Positions 1-7,077 of a stretch of 26,645 nucleotides of DNA are shown in pieces. The first letter of the stretch is position 1. Each line of letters starts with the position of its first letter. The notes below the pieces were generated by a model. The model saw only the letters and a program-made list of their open reading frames with translations. It was not told where the DNA came from and did no database searches. Location: NCBI GenBank assembly GCA_042219045.1, contig JBDGQO010000004.1, positions 47,778 through 74,422 on the forward strand, in the 5' to 3' direction. The stretch is from Candidatus Bipolaricaulia bacterium. GTDB taxonomy: Bacteria; Bipolaricaulota; Bipolaricaulia; RBG-16-55-9. The position numbers and the translations under genes were made by a program.

Positions 1-671
<671 letters not shown>

Positions 672-723
672 GCCCGTCGCTCGACGTCACGGGCGGTCAC
701 GCCCGCTATCGATAGCGCTCGAC

Positions 724-760
724 AACCCCTGCGGCTCTTGGGCCGCAGGGGTTTTTTCTT
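724..760 (+). terminator. Rho-independent terminator of groEL
   Basis: 12-bp stem AACCCCTGCGGC (724-735)/GCCGCAGGGGTT (742-753), loop TCTTGG, running into a T-tract. Confidence 0.9.
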
Positions 761-818
761 AGGCGTTGTGCCTCTACAATATCGGGAACGACAGCAGCCG
801 GAAGGCCGGGAGGCGGTC

Positions 819-1682
819 ATGGAAGCGCCGACGCTCGGATTGGCCTTGGGCGGCGGCGGCGCGCGCGGCTACGCCCACATCGGCGTGCTGCGGGTGTTGC
901 AGCGTCACGAGATCCCCGTAAGGGCCGTCGCCGGTACGAGCATCGGGGCCGTCATCGGAGCCGCCTTCGCCGCCGGGATCGACCTGGACCGGCTGCAATG
1001 CCTTCTCAAGGAGTTGGACCTGAACCGGCTCCTCCACTTCCCCCGCCACTCCTTGCGAGGCCTGATCTCCAACACCGCGACGGATGTCCTGGCGGGGCGC
1101 CCCGATTGGCGCCGTCATGAGCTGCCCACGACCCAATCGCTGATCGAGTTTTTCGGGCTGTTCAGTCGGCACCTGACGTTCGAAGAGCTCGGCATTCCGC
1201 TCGCCGTGGTCGCCACTGACATCGACACGGGCGAGCGCGTCGTCCTCCGCCAGGGCCCGATTGATCGAGCGCTGGCGGCCACGGTGTCGCTGCCGGGCAT
1301 CCACTACCCCGTGCAATGGGCCGACCGTTACCTCGTGGATGGCGGCCTCGTGGACAATCTACCGGTGGCGGCGGCGACGGATCTGGGCGCGGAGCGCGTC
1401 TTGGCCGTGGACGTCGAGGCGCCGCTCGAGGACGATCCGGCGCTGACGAGCATGGATGTGCTCCTGCGAGCGGAGCGAATCCTGTTGCGCGAGCTGAACC
1501 GTTTGCGCTTAGAACAGGACGGCGAGCGCATGGGCGACCGGCTTGCCGTCATTCACCCGCATGCGCATGAGGTCGGGACGCTTGATCTGGGCGCCGTGGA
1601 CGGGCCGATCCAAGCGGGTGAGGCGGAAGCGGAGCGCCAGTTGGCCCAGATCCGCGCCCTCCTAGCCGAGTCGCCGTCTTGA
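819..1682 (+). CDS. Patatin-like phospholipase (RssA/NTE-like)
   Basis: GGGGARG oxyanion motif, GTSIG nucleophile, DGG motif; GGAGG SD before ATG 819 (the ORF-track start at 738 lies inside the terminator). Confidence 0.92.
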   Translation: MEAPTLGLALGGGGARGYAHIGVLRVLQRHEIPVRAVAGTSIGAVIGAAFAAGIDLDRLQCLLKELDLNRLLHFPRHSLRGLISNTATDVLAGRPDWRRHELPTTQSLIEFFGLFSRHLTFEELGIPLAVVATDIDTGERVVLRQGPIDRALAATVSLPGIHYPVQWADRYLVDGGLVDNLPVAAATDLGAERVLAVDVEAPLEDDPALTSMDVLLRAERILLRELNRLRLEQDGERMGDRLAVIHPHAHEVGTLDLGAVDGPIQAGEAEAERQLAQIRALLAESPS

Positions 1683-1695
1683 CGCGACCGAGCGA

Positions 1696-2355
1696 CTAGT
1701 TGGTGTTCTTCTGCGAGTTCTCAGCCTTCGGGGTGCCGTTGATCTGGTTCCCGCCGACATCGGTGCCGTTGCGGATAACGCCGTCGTTGGATGCCCAGTT
1801 GCTGTCCTTGCCGTCGCTGGTCGGGTCAATGCGTTCCATGGTCGCATGGGGCACCTCACCGTCGCTTGAGGCTCCGGCGGGCCACTCGCTGCCGTCGGCG
1901 TTGACCTCGTCCACCACCTCGCCGTCGTCGTCGCGGAGCACGAGCGCCTCTCCGCCGTTGTTGAGCGACCCCGTGTAGATCACGTCCGCCTCCACGTCGC
2001 TGATCGTGTCGTCATCCGTTCGCTCCAACAGCAGAAACCCGTCAGCAGGGATCGTCGCGCGCCGAATGTCGGTCGCGTTGGACTCCGCATCCGCGGCGAA
2101 GCGGATCACCGTCCCGCCGTCGTCCCATTCGAGCGCGAAGCCGGTCAGGTCGATCTCGCTGGAGGAGTTGTTGCGCAGCTCGATCCACTCGTCCGCGGCG
2201 TTGGCGACTGTGCCTGCCCAGGCCACTTCGTTCACAACCACATCCGGAGCGCCGAACTGCGCGTGCGGGGTCGGAGTCGGCCCCGAGGCCTGACTCATAG
2301 GCCAAGTGGCTACCAAGCCGACCACAAGCGCTGCCATGAGGAGGTTTGTCTTCAT
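1696..2355 (-). CDS. Secreted lamin tail domain (LTD)-containing protein
   Basis: Signal-peptide-like N-terminus MKTNLLMAALVVGLVATW; LTD motifs VVVNEVAW...DEWIELRN...IDLTGF, LNNGGEALVL, GTP near the end; SD GGAGG. Confidence 0.85.
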   Translation of the reverse strand: MKTNLLMAALVVGLVATWPMSQASGPTPTPHAQFGAPDVVVNEVAWAGTVANAADEWIELRNNSSSEIDLTGFALEWDDGGTVIRFAADAESNATDIRRATIPADGFLLLERTDDDTISDVEADVIYTGSLNNGGEALVLRDDDGEVVDEVNADGSEWPAGASSDGEVPHATMERIDPTSDGKDSNWASNDGVIRNGTDVGGNQINGTPKAENSQKNTN

Positions 2356-2397
2356 GGTTGCCTCCTTTCTTGTGATAGGCGTTCTTTAATAACGTTA

Positions 2398-2426
2398 TTT
2401 ATAGCACAGCATGCAAAGCACGTCAA
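2398..2426 (-). promoter_or_regulatory. sigma70-type promoter of the LTD gene
   Basis: Minus strand TTGACG (2426-2421), 17 nt, TATAAA (2403-2398) with extended -10 TG, in an AT-rich patch. Confidence 0.7.
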
Positions 2427-2529
2427 GACGTTGGTTGCAAACGAAACGTGATTTATCTGAGCGGCAACGGCACAGCAGCCGTATGGCGAAACCCGGAACC
2501 AGACAGAAAGACTGATGTGTGTCTCAGAA

Positions 2530-3060
2530 TCACAAGGGGAGGATCATGAGGTAGGCATCGTCGCCGTTCTGGTAATAGCGGGGCAGGCGTTCGGAGATCC
2601 TAAATCCGTAGCGCTCGTACATGCGGATGGCTGAGGTATTGTCGGTCCGGACTTCCAGCTCGGCGCAGCTCGCCTCCATGCGCCACAGGTGGTCCAGCGC
2701 TGCTCGCAAGAGCGCACTGCCGATGCCTTTGCCACGGTGGTTGGGATCGACAGCAATGTTCATGACGTGGCCCGTGTGCTCCTCGAGGTCGGTGGGCACA
2801 CCCATCCAGGCGCGAGTGCGCTTCTCTAACCGCGCAAAGAGCGTCGGAATCCGAATGCCGGCGATGACGTAGCCGACGACGTCGTCGGTCCATTGGCCCA
2901 CGAGGAATCCGGGCTCGCCGACGTGACCCTTGAGCACTGACGGGGGCCACGGCGTCGGAAACGAGGCGCTCTCGATCTGGAGAATGCGCGGCAGGTCGGC
3001 CTCGACAGCCGGTCGGATGTGCGCTTCCTGTTGCGCTTGCGAGATCGCTCCACTCGCCAT
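2530..3060 (-). CDS. rimI: RimI/Ard1-like GNAT N-terminal acetyltransferase
   Basis: IESASFPTPW, GHVMNIAVDPNHRGKGIG (acetyl-CoA loop), LEVRTDNTSAIRMYERYGF, RYYQNGDDAYLM. Confidence 0.85.
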   Translation of the reverse strand: MASGAISQAQQEAHIRPAVEADLPRILQIESASFPTPWPPSVLKGHVGEPGFLVGQWTDDVVGYVIAGIRIPTLFARLEKRTRAWMGVPTDLEEHTGHVMNIAVDPNHRGKGIGSALLRAALDHLWRMEASCAELEVRTDNTSAIRMYERYGFRISERLPRYYQNGDDAYLMILPL

Positions 3061-3074
3061 GACAGTTCATCGCT

Positions 3075-3083
3075 ATTATAACA
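3075..3083 (-). promoter_or_regulatory. Extended -10 promoter of rimI
   Basis: Minus strand TGtTATAAT (3083-3075), 14 nt upstream of the ATG; no good -35. Confidence 0.6.
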
Positions 3084-3130
3084 GAGCCGTCGACGGGTCC
3101 ACGACCGTGCGGAACAGAAGGGGGTCTAGC

Positions 3131-3160
3131 TTGACGTTCCATGGCACTTTCCGCTACAAT
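3131..3160 (+). promoter_or_regulatory. sigma70-type promoter of hpf operon
   Basis: TTGACG (3131-3136), 18 nt, TACAAT (3155-3160). Confidence 0.7.
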
Positions 3161-3177
3161 TTCCGCTTGTTGACACC

Positions 3178-3717
3178 ATGAAAATCAACATCACTGACCG
3201 ACGCGCTCACAGCAGCGACGCCCTCCAAGAGTACGTGCTCGATAAGGTCGAACCGCTGGAGCGCTTTTTCGTCGACGGCATCATCAGCGTGGACGTGGTC
3301 CTGGATACCGAGGGCAACAGCCAGATCTGCGAACTCGTCGGCCACCTTGTCCGCAAAAAGATCGTCAAGGCGACGGCCGAAGCCGACGAGATGCACGCGG
3401 CAGTCGACGCGGGCGTGGACAAGCTGAAAACGCAAATCATCAAGGAGAAAGACCGTCTCCGCGAGAACCCCAAGCAGAAGACCGCTACGCCTCCCGAGCC
3501 GCCCCAATCGGCCGATCACACGGAAGGCGCGCACCGGACGTTCTCGCGCTCGCAAGTCTACGTCCGCAAGCCGATGACGCCCGACGAGGCGATCATGCAG
3601 CTGGAGTCCTATGAGAAGCGGGACTTCCTCATCTTCATGGATGCAGAGCGGGAGGCGTTGAGCATCATGCGACGCCTACCGAACGGCCAATACGAGCTAT
3701 TGGAGCCCGTGTACTAG
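3178..3717 (+). CDS. hpf: Ribosome hibernation promoting factor, long HPF (RaiA domain + C-terminal dimerisation domain)
   Basis: MKINIT...SDALQEYVLDKV...EMHAAVDAGVDKLKTQI N-domain; linker; KPMTPDEAIMQLE...FLIF...GQYELLEP C-domain. Confidence 0.9.
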   Translation: MKINITDRRAHSSDALQEYVLDKVEPLERFFVDGIISVDVVLDTEGNSQICELVGHLVRKKIVKATAEADEMHAAVDAGVDKLKTQIIKEKDRLRENPKQKTATPPEPPQSADHTEGAHRTFSRSQVYVRKPMTPDEAIMQLESYEKRDFLIFMDAEREALSIMRRLPNGQYELLEPVY

Positions 3718-3732
3718 CGGGAGCCCGACATC

Positions 3733-4758
3733 ATGGCGAAGGCTGTGGCGCTCTTCTCCGGAAGTCTAGCCAGCATCGCCGCCGCCCGCATCGTCATGGC
3801 CGATCCCAACGTCGACGACGTCCTGCCGCTCCATTTCCGGTCGCCGTTTTTTCGCGACTATGAGCAGACCAAGGACCTGGGCCAGCACTGGTTCACCTCG
3901 CCGTTCCGCAGCCAGGGCGTCAAGCGCGAGTTCGCCGACCTGACCAACATTCCCCACACGGGCGGCTACAATCGCAAGAGCTGTTGCACCGGCTGTCGCA
4001 CGCTCATGATCCGCAAGGGGCTCCGCTACATGCACAAAGTCGGAGCCGACTTTCTGATCACGGGCGAGATCGTGGGCACGCGCGGCCTGCATGCCGATGA
4101 CGTGCTCCGCTTGACCCACGACGCCGGGGCAGAGGATCACGTCCTCCGGCCCTTGAGCGCGCACCTGCTGCCGCCCACCCGCCCCGAGCTCGAGGGCCTC
4201 GTCGATCGAGATCGCCTCTACGCCCTCGACGACGAGACGCGCCACGACCGGCTGCCACGCGTGGCGGAATCGTTGGGCATCCACTGCGAGGGCTTCCCCG
4301 CCGAACGGCGCTGCAAGCTGCTGCTGCCCTACTTCGGTCGGCGGCTGGAGGATCTACTCCAGGAGGACCATCTGACGCTCAACGGGCTGGAGCTGTTGGA
4401 GTTCCCGCTCTACTACAAGAAACAGCCCGACGTCAAGATCGTCCTCGGCCGCGACGAGGAGGAAAAACAGCGCCTGCAGACCTTCTTCCTGCCCAACGAC
4501 CTGCGCCTCTACGTCGCCATGGGCGAGGGGCCGATTGCGCTCGTGCGCGCCGACTGGCAAGCCAAAAGCGACTACGAAGTGCTCGAGATCATCGAACTGG
4601 CCGCGCGCATCACGGCCATGCACGCTGACATCGGCGCACGCCACCGCGTGCAAGCCAACTACCGCTTCGAGCACTCGGAGCAGACCAACCGCATTCGGAT
4701 CGCGCCGTTCGACTCCGAGCGCGAGCTGGAAGAGCACTGCGTCCAGTACAACTTCTGA
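3733..4758 (+). CDS. ThiI/MnmA-like PP-loop protein with C-terminal NFACT-R-like RNA-binding domain; catalytic motifs degenerate
   Basis: AVALFSG, GADFLITGE, LRPLSAHLLPPT.PE..GLVDR, KIVLGRD, ELAARIT match the family scaffold as I recall it; PP-loop reads SGSLAS. Confidence 0.75.
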   Translation: MAKAVALFSGSLASIAAARIVMADPNVDDVLPLHFRSPFFRDYEQTKDLGQHWFTSPFRSQGVKREFADLTNIPHTGGYNRKSCCTGCRTLMIRKGLRYMHKVGADFLITGEIVGTRGLHADDVLRLTHDAGAEDHVLRPLSAHLLPPTRPELEGLVDRDRLYALDDETRHDRLPRVAESLGIHCEGFPAERRCKLLLPYFGRRLEDLLQEDHLTLNGLELLEFPLYYKKQPDVKIVLGRDEEEKQRLQTFFLPNDLRLYVAMGEGPIALVRADWQAKSDYEVLEIIELAARITAMHADIGARHRVQANYRFEHSEQTNRIRIAPFDSERELEEHCVQYNF

Positions 4759-4805
4759 CCGTTGACGTTGGCACTCGACGTCTTGCACCCGGGAGACGCC
4801 CGACG

Positions 4806-6788
4806 ATGAATTCGCGATTCGCCGCCCCCGACACTGACGCCGTGAATGCCGTTCTGGATCCGCTCAACGACGAACAGCGACGGGCCGTGACCCACATCGA
4901 CGGGCCCGCGCTCGTGTTGGCCGGGCCGGGCAGCGGCAAAACTCGGGTGATCACCCACAAAGTCGCCTATCTGTTGGCACAGGGAATCCCCGCTCGCCAT
5001 GTGCTCGGGGTGACGTTCACGAACAAAGCCGCCAACGAGATGAAGACCCGCGTGGAGGAACTCTTGGGCGGCCAGCATCCGACGCCGTGGATCTCGACGT
5101 TCCACTCCGCTGGGGCGCGGATCCTGCGCGAGCACCTGCACCGGATGGATTCGAGCTACAGCCGGCACTTTTCCATCATGGACGAAAGCGACCAACGGGA
5201 CGTCATTCGCCGGGCGATCAAGGAGCTGGATCTGTCTTCGGAGGAGATCAAGCCGGCGATGGTCTCGGGCGTGATCGGTCGGGCCAAGGATGAGCTGATC
5301 GGGCCGGATGCGTTCAAGTCCCAGTACGCAGGCTATTTCGACGGCTACATGCTTGAAGTGCTCGACCGGATCTACCGGCGCTATCAGGCGATTCTCCAGA
5401 CCAGCAACGCGGTCGACTTTGCCGACCTGATCCGGCTGACGGTTCGACTATTCCAGTCGCATCTGGACCTGTTGCAGAGCTATCGCGACCGGTTCCGATA
5501 CCTGCTCGTCGACGAGTACCAGGACATCAACCATGCGCAGTACGTGCTTGTTCAGCTGTTGGCCGAGAACGCGACGAGTCTGACCGTCGTGGGCGATGAG
5601 GATCAGGCCATTTTCAGCTGGCGCGGCTCCAATCCCGACTACATCCTGTGCTTTGAGCGCGATTTCCCCGATGCCGAGGTCGTCGAGCTGCGACAACACT
5701 ACCGTTGGCCACAGGGCGACCGGATCTTTCGCGCCGCCCGCAACGTCATCGCGCACAACGCCTCGCGCGCCAAAAAGGGCGATGCGCACTTCCGGGGCGA
5801 AGGCGATCCGATCCGCTATCTGCTCGCTCGAGACGAGCGCGAGGAGGCGCTGGCGGTAGCGGACGAGATCATTCGGCTCTGGACCGATGGCGTGGGGCTT
5901 GATCGGATCGCCATTCTGTATCGGGTCAACTCGCTCTCGCGCGTGCTGGAAGAGGCCCTATTGCACAGACGCTTGCCCTATCAGGTCGTGCGCGGGGTGC
6001 GGTTCTATGACCGCCGCGAGGTCAAGGACGTGCTCGCCTATCTCAAGGTGCTGGTCAACCCGGACGACGAGATGAACTTGTTGCGGGCGCTGGAGCGGCC
6101 CAAGCGGGGCATCGGCGCCACGACGATCGGCAAGCTCCAACAGCTGGCGGCCACCGAGGGACAGACGCTCTGGGCCGCCATGAAGGACGTGGCAGAGCAC
6201 GGCAGCGACCGTCTCGGTGGACGTCCCACCCGAGCCGTGACGGCGTTCGTCAAGTTGATGGAGCAGCTGCGCAGGGAGGCGGCGTCGGAGCCGCCGGCGG
6301 ATGTGGCCCAAACGGTGTTGGAGCGCTCGGGCTACTGGGCCGACCTGCTCAACGACCCCGACGCGCAGGAGCGGACGGACAACGTCCGAGAGCTGCTCGG
6401 TCAGATCAGCGAATACCAGGCCAATCACGAGGATCCAACGTTGGCGTCGTTTCTGGAGGAGGTGGCGCTGCTGACGGATGCCGATCGCTTCGAGGACGAT
6501 GAGGAGCGTGTTGCGCTCATGACGTTGCACACCGCCAAGGGCTTGGAGTTCGACTACGTGTTCATGATCGGCGTCGAGGAGAACCTGGTCCCGCACAACC
6601 GGGCGGTATCCGAAGGCAACCTCGAAGAGGAGCGTCGGCTTTTCTACGTGGGGATGACCCGCGCGCGCCGTCGGCTCTACCTGTCGTTGGCGCATCAGCG
6701 AACGCTCTACGGAAGCTTGACGTTGAACGGGCCCTCGCGGTTCTTCCAAGAGTTGCCACAGGAGGACGTGGAAAGCATCGCAGCCTGA
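4806..6788 (+). CDS. pcrA: SF1A DNA helicase PcrA/UvrD
   Basis: LNDEQRRAV, AGPGSGKT, TFTNKAA, STFHS, DEYQD, MTLHTAKGLEF, EEERRLFYVGMTRAR. Confidence 0.95.
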   Translation: MNSRFAAPDTDAVNAVLDPLNDEQRRAVTHIDGPALVLAGPGSGKTRVITHKVAYLLAQGIPARHVLGVTFTNKAANEMKTRVEELLGGQHPTPWISTFHSAGARILREHLHRMDSSYSRHFSIMDESDQRDVIRRAIKELDLSSEEIKPAMVSGVIGRAKDELIGPDAFKSQYAGYFDGYMLEVLDRIYRRYQAILQTSNAVDFADLIRLTVRLFQSHLDLLQSYRDRFRYLLVDEYQDINHAQYVLVQLLAENATSLTVVGDEDQAIFSWRGSNPDYILCFERDFPDAEVVELRQHYRWPQGDRIFRAARNVIAHNASRAKKGDAHFRGEGDPIRYLLARDEREEALAVADEIIRLWTDGVGLDRIAILYRVNSLSRVLEEALLHRRLPYQVVRGVRFYDRREVKDVLAYLKVLVNPDDEMNLLRALERPKRGIGATTIGKLQQLAATEGQTLWAAMKDVAEHGSDRLGGRPTRAVTAFVKLMEQLRREAASEPPADVAQTVLERSGYWADLLNDPDAQERTDNVRELLGQISEYQANHEDPTLASFLEEVALLTDADRFEDDEERVALMTLHTAKGLEFDYVFMIGVEENLVPHNRAVSEGNLEEERRLFYVGMTRARRRLYLSLAHQRTLYGSLTLNGPSRFFQELPQEDVESIAA

Positions 6789-6790
6789 GG

Positions 6791-6819
6791 TTGGCAATCC
6801 GGGCAACGTCTGTTATACT
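6791..6819 (+). promoter_or_regulatory. sigma70-type promoter upstream of rpoC
   Basis: TTGGCA (6791-6796), 17 nt, TATACT (6814-6819) with extended -10 TG at 6811-6812, 2 nt after the pcrA stop. Confidence 0.75.
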
Positions 6820-7077
6820 TAGCGGTCCCGTTCTCTCGCCTGAGAGCGGTTGGGGCGGTTGCAAGCGGCAAAGATGCGCGTCGGCAATGAAGTTTCGAGC
6901 ATTCCATCGTTAGGTTTCAAGTGAAGCAGCCACATCTCCGTGCATCCGCGTTACCTGCGTGCAATGCGACAACCCGTGTGCATCGGTCATCGTGCCGAGA
7001 ACGCTCAGTGGCGTTTTGGGCATCAAACGCGAGCGGTTCCGTCGCCACAGGAAATTTTGTGACAAGAGGTGACCCCT

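Noticed and set aside
672..723. Cluster of small inverted repeats after groEL (CGGGCG/CGCCCG; 14-bp palindrome CGCTATCGATAGCG at 704-717)
   Set aside because: Short and GC-rich, single copy in the window; at most 3'-UTR stabilising structure before the real terminator, not a REP or CRISPR array
775..780. TACAAT as possible -10 for the patatin gene
   Set aside because: The -35 position falls on the terminator T-tract and there is no extended -10; too weak to call
6887..6913. Amber (pyrrolysine) read-through of MKFRAFHR-TAG into the Cys-rich frame
   Set aside because: TAG is a normal stop here (hpf, rplP, rpsH, LTD); no SD and no pyl genes in view
6826..7040. 6S RNA, tRNA, tmRNA or known riboswitch in the pcrA-rpoC gap
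   Set aside because: No cloverleaf, no 6S-like rod with central bubble and no riboswitch consensus recognised by eye; kept only as an unknown leader
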